Shown one piece after another: positions 53,401 to 59,959 of a stretch of DNA of 64,000 nucleotides (position 1 is the first letter of the stretch; each line of letters begins with the position of its first letter). A program made the translations under genes and the position numbers. The DNA is from a virus. The notes beneath the pieces were generated by a model that was given only the letters and a program-made list of their open reading frames with translations, did not search any database and was not told the origin of the DNA. Location of the stretch: the IMG/VR virus record IMGVR_UViG_3300044949_001773, positions 67,810 to 131,809 of that record. One strand, 5' to 3'.

Positions 53401-54501
53401 AGTACCGCCGGTAACATGTATGTATATAATACAAATACCAGTGGCACTCGTTATAGCACCATGGAATGGTACTCTGACGGAACATGTTATGCCAATAACT
53501 ACTTAACTGGAGGAAGTTCATTAAGAGCCCCAATCTTCTATGATTCCAATGACACTGGTTATTATGCCGATCCAAATTCCACTTCAAGATTCAATGGAAT
53601 AACTCCAAATGTAATAAACAGCCCATATAATGGAGGAAATAGTGGTCTTTCCAGATCATCATATCCATATTCATTTGGTTTCCAAGAAACTGGAGGATGG
53701 TCCTATCCTTATCCAGATTTAGTACTTCACTACCATACTGGCGTTACCTTTGCGGCAAACGCAAGCTATGATGGAATGACATTCAAGGCAGATTATAATG
53801 ATGACACTGTAATCTTCCGTGTGAATGGCGGATCCAATTACTTGTACAAGTATTATTGGATGTATACCAATACAACCGGATTCTATTCAGATACAAATGG
53901 AGCACACCTTTACCCAAACACCGGTTCAAGTTATGGAACTTGGAGAATTGACGGTTCTAGAAATGGATATGCCGGATTCTGGTTTAATAATGGTGGTGGT
54001 GTTGCTGAGATGTTTGATTCAAGCGGAAACGGAGGATGGTATAGAGAGGCGAGTGGACTTTGGTATGTATATTATAACATAGGTAATACTTGTTTAGGTG
54101 TTGATAGTTCAACAACATCATCTTCTTATGCATTATATGTAAGCGGAGCAATTTATTCTACTTCAAATATTGTCTCAGCATCTGATGCAAGGTTGAAGGA
54201 TAATGTAAATACTATAGAAAATGCTCTTGACAAAGTATTAAACCTTCGTGGTGTAACATTTACTTGGAATAATCGTAAAGAAGATGATCCAGATTATCAA
54301 AAAACTCAAATTGGTTTTATTGCCCAAGAAGTTGAAGAAGTAGTTCCTGAAGTTGTAACTTATGCCGAAGATATTGATGAGTACTCGCTGAATTATGGCC
54401 AAATGACAGCATTATTGACAGAAGCAATGAAACAACAGCAGGAAATGATAAATAATATGAAGAAAGAAATTGAAGAACTAAAGAAAAAATTAGGAGAGTG
54501 A
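38437..54501 (+). CDS. Giant modular tail fibre (5354 aa) with C-terminal S74 chaperone
   Basis: ~1390-aa Ser/Thr-rich shaft; beta-helix with helical insert; 8 WHAGNDG and 5 R(S/A)P(I/V)FYD linker motifs separating unique modules; ASDARLK...GVTFTW...GFIAQEVEEVVPEVV S74 domain. Confidence 0.9.
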   Translation: MAGNRDLSKFANQLFVDSNGNIGLATNVNIAIGHTNPSVKFDLLGPANINGNLTVSGIATFNSTLGVSSLTASILNSSTIRATSIAATSITATSIATTSITATSIATTSITATSIAATSITSGILSTTNLNASGISSFAGSVYVGGASTFSDNVYIQSLSSPLISSTNLSSQSIQSSSLNITGIATFGSNVKFNGNVVYTGLTTFIGASTINDLNAVSANISGILTANNLNVLNSTVTGSIGATTAQIESASIDNLNVLGITTFTNDVNFDSGIIVSGVSTFSSDINTLNINASGTLTSGIINSDEITTNSLDVERFSVSYTGTLIGVSTNIISNTDTTGILINYLVSGTNIPQETVVSSIGSSSIILSKNTTNNFIPIQRTGSFESASGNVITGISTSNIQVGFGVTGNSYVSAGTTIANIGISSVILSQNASNPYGKELKEGTLSGVSTNIISGIDTSGIFIGQIVSGNFISIGSTVLEIGIGNLTLSQSATNISSNTSNYEFYFVDIFSFIPLEAISSSIYTYTDINSGNLVSYSIDSTLLESNEGSIGILTGTTLSYDTAVFGEYQATTGIVTSLIAEDLTSNVGIVSNISGNNLNYTGIGTISTLNVSTLNSNTVSLDFVDVINLSGQNLNISGVGSITTLNSTTLYSPSGEIDNLVAGIGTVTTLNVSNLFADSVGISTIVSTGYISGDDFVFSGIGTVDTLYSSDGNITTLNSTDIFADNVSIANSLSSQEITSDLLTTVDLIADTSTIGISGITTANISNLTVTESFVVSIGSSNVLFGQGTIVAAGGTINDISGNSITYLSGNISNLDSQFIDVTNKLTSAEGSIGFLTGTNLDYSGISTLAVIDSNKATIDYLNGINLNYSGISTLTNLETNEVTVNTSLSSPLIDIVNGTVDGLSGINLYYQTGIVTSLSGSNISYSGLGTITNLLGTNINYSGIGTIDSLYGTTISYSGDSSFGNITVTDGINAGGNLTAFAATFTNEVDAFSIATEEGIINTLSGNNLSYNSGIITSLSGTNISYSGVGTILTLQGTNISYTGVGTFGQVGITTATIGTISATNVSIFGNLSVSDLTVGIVTANDVITDNITSTEGTITNLDGLNLSYSGIGTISKIESTTITTTNLGTQNLNASGIGTIATLKTTNLDNLESITTDEFYARIGIITELSGNTIDYNTGSVDNLSGVNLNYSGIGTINQIDVNIGSVDYLNGVNANYTGISTFNVAGITSLTSQSIFGSAGIITSLTGETLNFSTSAEISNVTIGIGNTDLIVSGDARITDTLTIGPDSIIINGISNSITGVSTLTSNYASIGTITGSDSTYTNVNTDSLTFAGINTSNNFNTQVNIVASNSGVSTSYNLILPAQLGIPGTVLTLESDGNLGFTTAGLYENRIYVSPVNGDDSNDGKARPVKTIKKAAQLASFESFVLPGGRFLDAASVLSSNKDFIAAEVVGFVTTTYPSILSNPDYNEAICKRDVGYIVDAISYDLSYGGNSKTVEAGLAYWNAGTSYVDGESIETIAGYNHIITISKYIINNIDIPQSYQGIQTVFQTKDLTLAYDANCSPSSYSENCCSDVWSAIGSFVGIVTSIIGIGTTAAPSVTLPTSKSTPVAVIVEAGEYVEDNPIILYEDVAIIGDNLRNTIIRPQNAGKDLFRVRNGCYLTGFALKDYVDPAGVPQFTFNYAVAFDDPSDPTTSRVGYAIKETKPIITRSPYIQNCSILSFLGANGILVDGSKVDTLNTAIIPEESENPVEGEQPEFGKSMVAAAFTMVSFGGIGWRVINDGYSQVVSCFQIFCRYGSLAQSGGYLSITNSATNFGLYALRSTGYNGRSYIFDRGLVSSTGTSGGLQTLKVIGLGRADQELYVLRFINRSTGIDETSNFKLAPITREVDISVGVNTVTNIIGIQTHGFTNGDSVIYLGNESTIPPQVIGGLVNLNEYYVEYVNDDEFKLYEDDSLTRIVDLTSVTSGINTFVKGNQEFFNSEMLNSHTSYQRVSLASTTSILNFVPGRQITQTVNGGTAVGIAYTYNSTTRELIVSVEAPGGVRNNFGVSGVGVNGLIQDHNGSPISIGVTAVAGISTLHTVEFKVDSTQTGSQILGIGGLPENYKVHFHRPSIVNSSSHTWEFSGSGTDYNALPQNGGKTRVETEQVFSQGGRVYSSGTNELGDFKIGNFITAYNRTGNIIFNNKVSIGQLDSLRLSLSGGVAIEEFSTDIGLGDNEVGGALNSRVSTQKAVRTFLNNRLGNFIDKDLSTNAVPSAVVQLNAFGQINADLIPPKVVNYYTADVGGGRTTLVDRIPAVDLRQGDTVVEPDFSYVLISDVYSQYLILSDSNRNYDFNNGDEVVSAVSNGGAIGIVTAPTSVGYGTTGLVKGVLLNGSLTSGGSGYTSAGIYTGVTLTSTSGIGTGAKANITVGASGSVTDVDVVYGGRYYDENNTLTVTNPNDIGGRSGGSDFVFTVSNIETRLYIELTNNQKFTGSTLLNDYIEDGTSVGISTTLTNTYTLTFNPTSIETGGDIDFTNDRIVIGTNNFSDGDNVVYSAGGGNTLEELISGDTYYIKRVGISSVELYTTYALSTKKNFLSSGTGTHSITRKVVNTTENKLTFVNHGYSTGDAVRVSGNVPAGISTGDYYFVGSVTTNAFSLHDTQQTSLASVNGLIFNAVDITSVGSGTLTLTKQNVQYTSTVNTSSNILDNWTVLSSGTVDAANITTGTISPSRLGSGNANSDTFLGGDSVYRKAVKSVGIGTTTPMTITSSSFEVENGITKHFGDLQVSLNRVEETLETYSTTGIAKFKTSTFDIGDDGAVSIKSSQFGDVDAATLGGFTGAYYLDLNNSTGTVPIPRGGTGLSALPSEGYLLVGNGSAYTLTGNPTIAGTLTGEITIKSGGDIELPTGTWTGEKAAKIQNSSNNLYLQYTTNLIGRNSSGTDRLTLTSGGNLTVGGTVEGTRLISNIANGTAPLTVTSSTVVTNLNADAVDGIQGASLLRSDDNDEFSGTLTYTGSGTALNFTSTGEVILADHSSNSTPVPFDIRKSGSTLSDSESYGILHLSRLNHNNSATTAGASLYFQLRDSGGTLREYAGISGQKTEAGAAGGRLQFYRYGRTSLGYWDANNLYIGTNGVWHAGNDGAGSGLDADLFDGVDSSSFLRSDATDTVTGGSVLQFATSSGNIRGYLQSTDTDDAHFIIATSGGEDIAFKDGGVGGTTNMIIRGDGTLLQGTSNTIWHAGNDGPSSGLNADLLDDLQATSFLRSDTNTSTTGFLGAEGFVGTGGGALRLVLPHGASYATTASSVTGAIKVNLPQSWSDTMMRMTIKIYEYATGESFEVICGGYNYTGNSSWINTFAYILGDPQINRNFNVRFGHDGTRCCIYIGETNSTWSYPQVAVTEFEAGYSSYGEEAWNDNWSIEFATSLGTITSILSNREIGRWVDGNTVWHAGNDGAGSGLDADTLDGIQGASFIRSDENDSVSGVIDFLGGSSTTPAIRIRSGGNNWSEGLAIHPSSNNSYALAFFRTSSDLGTSTNTWAIGNLGENGTNNFGLIRNGLTGSAGIRADSIFDATQAGILRFGFTPTVGSNTMWHAGNDGSGSGLDADLLDGQQGTYYRQAWQNVDSGVRTDYTLGFQPPASGYAGFYFSKSTSGSTAQDAGYLLVRGTSDNDIYTAEGITLVADAGWLTLAQRTTSSRGVRIMSGTTSAERLRVNTDGTIQFVNGAGFTYNGNTIWHAGNDGSGTGLDADTVDGYHFLQTQGISAVGNFGQWQPHSTYTNFNASVSYWGWNYVQGNTNAPNNTSSQWYRNRVSLGSDYGLNYASGHYWLEMAYPRSDRNSAGHMWVRVCENGSVGSWEQVGSYINGNTTWHAGNDGPGSGLDADTLDTFTWDSSGKNLRGTEIYADNWFRNYNSGEGLYNEETAMHWYSDANWRWRLYSTTGSAAILFTTSGNNVRGYLYADTASSIGFLNTASDWGLRYLSNDGNSPNLYFLESGNENWSGNPGNDEGKIEYHSNRFYIASGANSTEIARFRQSGTDRVVIQNDGNITINSNTVWHAGNDGAGSTLDADTVDGYQGSELANNTHIPTSEVSNIAVGWYTIAVNAGDRAVARFGIRDTQSGRHQSVIFYASHKFGNFSELTVLHSSRYSGNPLRYIRIKEGGTYDGALLQVYVDDSGNSLQAYLLGDNFQSGGWVIKNWIPDATNPGGLNNFGALTNVAAQIDLDNILDGGMATTGEIFAGGDTTQYKVWHAGNHGSGSNLDADKLDGLDLHTGRNNEANKVVRTDGNGYIQAGWINSVSGNMGDWGNGVNKYYLSNDDYIRYIDRNSIKVQLGLTAKWDADRRDYTTDSNYFVGSMGWGTTDMNSVFDWGSGFIDSWSNPGNQPSGTSHWVGVQALHYTNGSARYGWQMVGGPIGNLRFRNTWPSFSSWRTIPVLDVNDINGGTMYAGSYSDANNTAYYVDPDSTSRIGAIQIGAASDSSNEIRFRGVSGDGPGAYDHAAIIERLWGAGDQSELLIFKGNDPDTGGIHDRIRIAATGRIVFDSYNGYGNVSDYIGARGTGNVDGSMYINGNSVFVSGDIRSPIFYDFNNTNFYIDPASTSVVNGIVSSDYIRIRGNKGIMGDYDTDGTASKVIWTIGASWPLGNMYGLGYEYGSGYDHHLALRNNGTTYSRFGFAGGMYLTGTGTASSDWRAPIFYDSNDTAYYLDPTSTSDQALRIRGGVLHGGNPTWGAYLLVGGDGRQNRTNDANVASVCTTNGNLHIDAASGYDTYINFYDGNNVYFGNGANGTVAQIASDGTFRSPVFYDYNDTGYYINPASDGTRAGYLNGNLWINPKSESYGEGITFYMPSQNTWGGIRWYRNGSPFTGNWAFGYFGNEASNDIGFHNGTNGWRLDHSFNMTSNGSVRSPIFYDSNNTGYYVDPASNTTLYGQFQVSGGHGDSQIGVRLLSGNNGAGTGEVNLRMWCSEPGITWDWAGFGYNVTNNNGSPSGFGRLNTGLGQAYFRFSTAGNMYVYNTNTSGTRYSTMEWYSDGTCYANNYLTGGSSLRAPIFYDSNDTGYYADPNSTSRFNGITPNVINSPYNGGNSGLSRSSYPYSFGFQETGGWSYPYPDLVLHYHTGVTFAANASYDGMTFKADYNDDTVIFRVNGGSNYLYKYYWMYTNTTGFYSDTNGAHLYPNTGSSYGTWRIDGSRNGYAGFWFNNGGGVAEMFDSSGNGGWYREASGLWYVYYNIGNTCLGVDSSTTSSSYALYVSGAIYSTSNIVSASDARLKDNVNTIENALDKVLNLRGVTFTWNNRKEDDPDYQKTQIGFIAQEVEEVVPEVVTYAEDIDEYSLNYGQMTALLTEAMKQQQEMINNMKKEIEELKKKLGE
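38680..38799 (+). repeat. 15-nt minisatellite, 8 units, encoding (A/T)TSI(A/T) pentapeptides
   Basis: GCCACTTCTATTGCG / GCCACTTCTATTACG / GCCACTTCCATTGCG / ACAACTTCTATTACG variants in tandem. Confidence 0.9.
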
Positions 54502-54502
54502 A

Positions 54503-54931
54503 ATGGCATTAATTAGAGATTTTGAAATTCCTGGCACGGGGTTAAATGTTCCCGATGCTTATCATGTAATTGTTAAAGTAAATACAGAAAAAAGACTTAA
54601 TGATATTCCTCCACCTCCCGATTCATCAAGACCAGATGGATTAACTGTAAGAAGTGGAGATGATCATGAAGTTTACTGGAAAGCCGGATATGTTGGAAAA
54701 ATTGCTCTTGAAATTTATTCATCAAAGCAAGCAAGAGATGAGGGAAAATCTCCAATCGGAGGTATCGCAATCAATCCAACAGATGTTCAAGTAAATGGTG
54801 TTCTTTCTACAAATATTGAGCAATTTGATTTGAATTTCTTTATTGACCCAACAAGTCAGTTGAGTATTATTGACCAGGCATATCAGCATTTAAAATTACT
54901 TGAATATTATAAGGATGCCACAGAAGCATAA
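54503..54931 (+). CDS. Putative tail fibre assembly protein
   Basis: 142 aa directly after the giant fibre; G..VPDAYH and IIDQAYQHLK....Y.DA motifs typical of proteins downstream of S74 fibres. Confidence 0.5.
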   Translation: MALIRDFEIPGTGLNVPDAYHVIVKVNTEKRLNDIPPPPDSSRPDGLTVRSGDDHEVYWKAGYVGKIALEIYSSKQARDEGKSPIGGIAINPTDVQVNGVLSTNIEQFDLNFFIDPTSQLSIIDQAYQHLKLLEYYKDATEA

Positions 54932-54973
54932 TAAATAATAGAGTATAAATAACCATTAGTTGTTGATTAAACC

Positions 54974-55168
54974 ATGATTGATCACGAAAAACATCTTAGA
55001 GATCTTTTACAAAACCAAAGATCACTATCTACTGAAATTCAAGAATTAACAAATCTTCTAGGAGTAAGAAGAGAACAATTCAGTAAACAGCAAGGTATTA
55101 TTGAATATCTAACTGCAAATGGAATTAAACCAGAAGAAAATGAAAGAGTAGAGGAACCGCAGAAATGA
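54974..55168 (+). CDS. Small coiled-coil protein (paralog of 55580..55807)
   Basis: HL....QR.L..EIQELTN.L...QGI(I/V)EYLT..G shared. Confidence 0.65.
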   Translation: MIDHEKHLRDLLQNQRSLSTEIQELTNLLGVRREQFSKQQGIIEYLTANGIKPEENERVEEPQK

Positions 55169-55548
55169 ACTATACTTGGAAACTGACTTCTTTAAAAAGA
55201 AAAGATACTTCCGATTTAAATAACATCATTGTCCAAACTTATTGGAAAAAGATTGGAACTGATGAGAATGGAAACACTGGAGAATTTTCAGGAGCAACTC
55301 CTTTTGATTTATCAACAGTAGATCCAACTAACTTTGTTGCTTATGAGGATTTGACCGAAGAAATGATTCTTGGATGGATTCAATCAGTAGTCGTTGGAGA
55401 TTATGAGCGTCATGTCAATGAAAAAATCGCAAAACAAATTGAAGAGCAAGCATCTCCACTCACAGAAGTTACCGCAGGAAACTTCCCATGGAGCACTCCA
55501 GAAGAATCCACAACCCCAACCCCACCAGCAGACGAACCTGCTTCTTAA
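55165..55548 (+). CDS. Putative fibre assembly/chaperone protein (family with 58029, 58379, 63043)
   Basis: NF(V/I).YE.LTEE...W and terminal (F/L)PW motif. Confidence 0.6.
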   Translation: MNYTWKLTSLKRKDTSDLNNIIVQTYWKKIGTDENGNTGEFSGATPFDLSTVDPTNFVAYEDLTEEMILGWIQSVVVGDYERHVNEKIAKQIEEQASPLTEVTAGNFPWSTPEESTTPTPPADEPAS

Positions 55549-55579
55549 TTTTTTAATTGACAACATATAGGAGAAAACA

Positions 55580-55807
55580 ATGACTGAACAACAAAATCAC
55601 CTGAAGTCTGTTGTAGAACAGCAAAGAGTTCTACTTAATGAAATTCAAGAACTCACAAATAGACTCAATAATAAGAAAGAAGTTGCTCTGAAACTTCAAG
55701 GTATTGTTGAGTATCTGACTGAAATTGGCGTTACTCTTCCTCAAGAAGTACCACAACCTGAAGCAGATCAACCACAAGAAGAACAAGCAGCTGAAGAAGG
55801 ACAATGA
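55580..55807 (+). CDS. Small coiled-coil protein (paralog of 54974..55168)
   Basis: AGGAG RBS; shared motif. Confidence 0.65.
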   Translation: MTEQQNHLKSVVEQQRVLLNEIQELTNRLNNKKEVALKLQGIVEYLTEIGVTLPQEVPQPEADQPQEEQAAEEGQ

Positions 55808-56055
55808 TCACATATAAAGTATCAGAATTTAATGAAGAGGATGTATCAGTAGAAGTTACTTATACTAATTCTTCAGCAGAAACACATATAAGAACTTTGT
55901 TTATTCCAAAAAATCCTGATGGCACAGTGAATCAAACAGAATGGGATAATATTTTGGAAAGTCAACTTAAAAATGTTGAACATAAAGCATCTATTGGAGT
56001 AATTAGTTTTACAAATCCAACTGTAGAAACTGCTACACTTTTACCAGAAGAGTGA
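55804..56055 (+). CDS. Hypothetical protein
   Basis: 83-aa ORF, ATGA-coupled to the previous gene. Confidence 0.6.
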   Translation: MITYKVSEFNEEDVSVEVTYTNSSAETHIRTLFIPKNPDGTVNQTEWDNILESQLKNVEHKASIGVISFTNPTVETATLLPEE

Positions 56056-56078
56056 TTTATAATTAATAAAATAACTTC

Positions 56079-56106
56079 AAAAGACCGCTAAAAACGGTCT
56101 TTTTTT
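56079..56106 (+). terminator. Intrinsic terminator (potentially bidirectional)
   Basis: AAAAGACCG-CTAAAAA-CGGTCTTTTTTT; followed directly by late promoter TATAAATA at 56106-56113. Confidence 0.8.
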
Positions 56107-56141
56107 ATAAATAAAAATAACGGTTTAGTAAAATATTATAA

Positions 56142-57173
56142 ATGGCGTTTTTAATTGGTTCAAATACGACAATTGATGATAGTAGAAGATTTATTGGAAA
56201 TGGAACTAATTTTTTTGCAGGATCTCTTGCCGGATGTTCTATTAGTACTGGAGGCTATAATATTGCGATCGGAGATGCGGCTGGATGTAGAATTAGTACA
56301 CCATTTTACAATACTATTATAGGAAGAAATGCAGGAAATGCGTTAACTACTTGCGGTTTCAACGTTATTATTGGAGCATTCTCCGCGCAATCTGGAAATG
56401 CTGGAATTCAAAACGTTTTTATTGGTAATGATACTGCGAATTGTTCTAATAGTCTTAATGTTGAGTCTAACGTACATATAGGAGCAAGGGCTGGATTCAG
56501 AACATGTGGTCGTAATAATGTTTTTATTGGTTATTATTCAGGATCAAGGTCTGATACAGCAACTTCTTGTTTTAATGTTGCTGTTGGAGATGGTGCTTCA
56601 GGAAATATAACTACTGGAATATGTAATGTAACTTTAGGAGCTAATTCTGCAACTTTTCTAAATACAGGTTGTTTTAATACACTTATTGGGGTATCTTCTG
56701 GGTCTCGATTGTGTGGAGGAAATAATAATGTTCATATAGGATGCGCCGCAGGGTCATGTAGTTGTGGCGGATCTAATAATATTTACATAAACAATTTAGG
56801 AAGCATTGGAACAACTTCAAATGAAACATGTATTGGAAATTCCTCAACAGCATCAACATTTACTTTTGGTAATTTCACTTCACAACTAAATGTAACTGCG
56901 TATTCTGATGAATCACTAAAAGAAAATATTGAAAGAATACAAAATGCATTAGAAAAAGTTAGAAGCCTTGAAGGTGTGACTTATAATCGTAATGATTCTC
57001 CAGATCGTCCAAGACATATGGGATTAATCGCACAGTGTGTTGAAAAAGTTATTCCAGAAGTTATTGGAAAAGTAGATGGAAAACTAACAATTGCTTATGG
57101 AAACTTAATTGCTCTTGTCGTTGAAGCAATTAAAGAAATTGATGAAAGATTAGAAGTATTGGAAAGCAAATAA
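56142..57173 (+). CDS. Short fibre with Cys-rich YadA-head-like repeats and S74 chaperone
   Basis: 14-aa N..(I/V)G..(A/S)G repeats with frequent Cys; YSDESLKENI...GLIAQCVEKVIPEV S74 domain. Confidence 0.75.
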   Translation: MAFLIGSNTTIDDSRRFIGNGTNFFAGSLAGCSISTGGYNIAIGDAAGCRISTPFYNTIIGRNAGNALTTCGFNVIIGAFSAQSGNAGIQNVFIGNDTANCSNSLNVESNVHIGARAGFRTCGRNNVFIGYYSGSRSDTATSCFNVAVGDGASGNITTGICNVTLGANSATFLNTGCFNTLIGVSSGSRLCGGNNNVHIGCAAGSCSCGGSNNIYINNLGSIGTTSNETCIGNSSTASTFTFGNFTSQLNVTAYSDESLKENIERIQNALEKVRSLEGVTYNRNDSPDRPRHMGLIAQCVEKVIPEVIGKVDGKLTIAYGNLIALVVEAIKEIDERLEVLESK

Positions 57174-58004
57174 ATGACTCTTCAAAGTTCTGGAGCAATA
57201 AGTATTCAAAATCTAGCAACTGAATACGGAGGAAATGTTCCTCATTCAATGAGTGAATATTATAGAAACATAAGCCCTAATGCAGATGGAGCATGGGTCC
57301 CTCTTTCTATTGAAGGATTTTTTGAATATGGGTGGACTTCTACAGGTCAAAATTTAAGCAGTGGAGCAGCACCTATCAATGTATATTTTAGAAGAATTAT
57401 ATACCAAACAATATATACAGCAGCAGAGTTAACTGCGGCTGGAGTTCCTTCTGGAGCGTTTTTTAACCAAATAATCTGGAATATAACTGAAGCTGTTCCA
57501 TCTAATAATTCAATTCTTGGTATGAATATTAGATTATTTCATACTCCAGCTGCTAATGGAAGTACTACTGCTGTTCCAGTTACTGGAACTTCTAAAGTTA
57601 CAGTTTATTCTGATTTATCAACAACAGAGTTTACGTTAGTAGAAACTACTGGAGACAAAGCAATTAATTTTGGAGGTGGTTCTAGTGGAACATCATCGTC
57701 ATCATTTCAATGGGATGGGGTTAATAATGTATGTGTAGAATCTTGTACATCACAAAATCAAACTAACTACGCTGCTTCTGGTAGACAAAGGGTTGTTAGC
57801 GGTGTAGCAAGTGGAGGAAGAAATTCTAGAACTGATAGCGCAGGAAATTCTTGTAATGAAGCTCCATCTACTTCACTTTCATACAAAGTATCTACAAGAA
57901 TGAGATGGTCTTTACCAGTAAATCAAAATGTCCCAGTATATTTTGGCACTGGTGCTGCCCCTTCATTAAGTTTATCAATGTTTTACAATGGTAGACGTTC
58001 ATAA
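57174..58004 (+). CDS. Putative fibre-tip adhesin
   Basis: N-terminal MTLQSSGAISI.N...EYGG..P.SMSEYY and C-terminal LSLSMFYN motifs typical of small genes following S74 fibres. Confidence 0.6.
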   Translation: MTLQSSGAISIQNLATEYGGNVPHSMSEYYRNISPNADGAWVPLSIEGFFEYGWTSTGQNLSSGAAPINVYFRRIIYQTIYTAAELTAAGVPSGAFFNQIIWNITEAVPSNNSILGMNIRLFHTPAANGSTTAVPVTGTSKVTVYSDLSTTEFTLVETTGDKAINFGGGSSGTSSSSFQWDGVNNVCVESCTSQNQTNYAASGRQRVVSGVASGGRNSRTDSAGNSCNEAPSTSLSYKVSTRMRWSLPVNQNVPVYFGTGAAPSLSLSMFYNGRRS

Positions 58005-58028
58005 TAAATATTTTTTTAATAAATTAAT

Positions 58029-58346
58029 ATGGATATTTCACACTCTTATGATAAATTACAATTAGAACAAATAAATGATGGTTCTGGGATAGTTTGTTCT
58101 ATCATTGTTAGAATTTCTTCAACTGATGGAATTTATGATATAGAATCTAGCGAATGCATTCATTTAGATATTAATACTATTACAAACTTTATTGAATATA
58201 AAAATTTGACAGAAGAAATTGTTTTTGGTTGGTTAGATAATCATGAGGATGTTAATAAAGCAAAAGAAGAACATATTAAATGGATTAATTTACAAAAAAA
58301 TCCACCTAAACCAGAAACAATAATTGAAAAACTACCCTGGTTATAA
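58029..58346 (+). CDS. Putative fibre assembly protein (paralog family)
   Basis: LEQIND.SG.VCS...SSTDG...NFI.Y..LTEE...W...KPET....LPW. Confidence 0.65.
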   Translation: MDISHSYDKLQLEQINDGSGIVCSIIVRISSTDGIYDIESSECIHLDINTITNFIEYKNLTEEIVFGWLDNHEDVNKAKEEHIKWINLQKNPPKPETIIEKLPWL

Positions 58347-58378
58347 TTTAATAAATAAATCAGATCTTTGAAATTCTT

Positions 58379-58696
58379 ATGGAAATAATTCACTTTTATA
58401 AAATCGAAAGTCTAGAGCAAGTGAATGATAATAGCGGAACGGTCTGTTCGGTTTCTTATAAAGTTACTTCAACTGATAAAGAAGACTTTGTGGATTCTCA
58501 CGAAAGATTAGAACTGAATACAAAAAATATTCAAAATTTTATTAGCTATGAAGAATTGACAAAAGAAACTGTTATGGAGTGGATAAAAAAAGATCAAAAA
58601 TCTATAGAAATAGAAAAGTTTCATGTAGATTTGCTGAATCATAGAAAATATTCACAAAAACCAGAAACAATCACAACAGAACTCCCTTGGTCATAA
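58379..58696 (+). CDS. Putative fibre assembly protein (paralog family)
   Basis: Same motif set as 58029..58346 and 63043..63363. Confidence 0.65.
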   Translation: MEIIHFYKIESLEQVNDNSGTVCSVSYKVTSTDKEDFVDSHERLELNTKNIQNFISYEELTKETVMEWIKKDQKSIEIEKFHVDLLNHRKYSQKPETITTELPWS

Positions 58697-58728
58697 ATTT
58701 ATAAATAACGAAGATCGGAAAAACTATA

Positions 58729-59943
58729 ATGACTTATCATATTGGATCAACTAAAGTCATAAATTTAGATTCCGCTTATATTCATGAAAGTTTTCCTCAA
58801 AATGTAACTGGGGTCAGTGTAAAGATAACTGCTTCTGATGGCGCTTCTAGTGATAATTTTGGATACTCAGTAGCAGTAGAATGCGGTAGAATTGTTGTTG
58901 GTGCTTCTGGAAGAACCACATCATCGGGAGCTGCATATATTTTCAACCTTGATGGAAATGAATTAGCTGAAATGACTCCTTCTGATGGATCTGCTAATGA
59001 TTATTTTGGAACTTCAGTTTCAGTAGGATCCGGTAGAATTGTTGTTGGTGCTTGGGGAGATGATGACAAAGGATCACTATCTGGATCCGCATACATCTTT
59101 GACCTTGATGGAAACCAATTAATCAAAATAACTGCTTCCGATGGTGCTGCTGATGATCGTTTTGGATACTCAGCAGCAGTAGGATGCGGTAGAATTGTTG
59201 TCGGTGCTTATGGTGATGATATAGGAGCAAATGCAGATCAAGGATCATCATATATTTTTGACCTTGATGGAAACCAATTAGCCAAAATAACAGCATCTGA
59301 TGGGGCAGCTAGTGATTTCTTTGGATACTCGGTAGCAGTAGGGTGTGGTAGAATTGTTGTTGGTGCTTATGGAGATAATACCCAATCAGGATCCGCATAT
59401 ATTTTCGACCTTGATGGAAACCAATTAACCAAAATAACTGCTTCTGATGGTGCTAGTGGTGATTTTTTTGGATACTCAGTAGCAGTAGGATCGGGTAGAA
59501 TTGTTGTTGGTGCTTATGGTGATGATATAGGAGCAAATTCAAATCAAGGATCATCATATATTTTTGACCTTGATGGAAACCAATTAGCCAAAATAACGGC
59601 ATCTGATGGTGCTGCTAATGATCATTTTGGGCGATCTGTCGCAGTAGGATGTAGTAGAATTGTTGTTGGTGCTTCTGTAGATGATATAGGAGCAAATTCA
59701 GATCAAGGATCAGCATATATTTTCGATTTGAATCAAAATCAATTATCCAAACTAACAGCCTATGATGGTGCTACTAATGATTTTTTTGGATACTCAGTCG
59801 CAGTAGGGTGCGGTAGAATTGTTGTTGGTGCTTGGGGAGATGATATAGGAGCAAGTTCAGATCGAGGATCATCATATATGTACAATACTCCAGAAGATAG
59901 TAATACTTATTGGGAAAGAGTATTAGAAACATATAAATATTAA
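58729..59943 (+). CDS. FG-GAP (integrin-alpha-like) 7-bladed beta-propeller protein 1
   Basis: 7 repeats of KITASDGA..D.FG.SVAVG.GRIVVGA...GSAYIFDLDGNQL. Confidence 0.85.
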   Translation: MTYHIGSTKVINLDSAYIHESFPQNVTGVSVKITASDGASSDNFGYSVAVECGRIVVGASGRTTSSGAAYIFNLDGNELAEMTPSDGSANDYFGTSVSVGSGRIVVGAWGDDDKGSLSGSAYIFDLDGNQLIKITASDGAADDRFGYSAAVGCGRIVVGAYGDDIGANADQGSSYIFDLDGNQLAKITASDGAASDFFGYSVAVGCGRIVVGAYGDNTQSGSAYIFDLDGNQLTKITASDGASGDFFGYSVAVGSGRIVVGAYGDDIGANSNQGSSYIFDLDGNQLAKITASDGAANDHFGRSVAVGCSRIVVGASVDDIGANSDQGSAYIFDLNQNQLSKLTAYDGATNDFFGYSVAVGCGRIVVGAWGDDIGASSDRGSSYMYNTPEDSNTYWERVLETYKY

Positions 59944-59959
59944 TAAAATATTTAATTAT

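Noticed and set aside
55557-55585. TTGACA as a sigma70 -35 element
   Set aside because: No acceptable -10 hexamer 16-18 nt downstream
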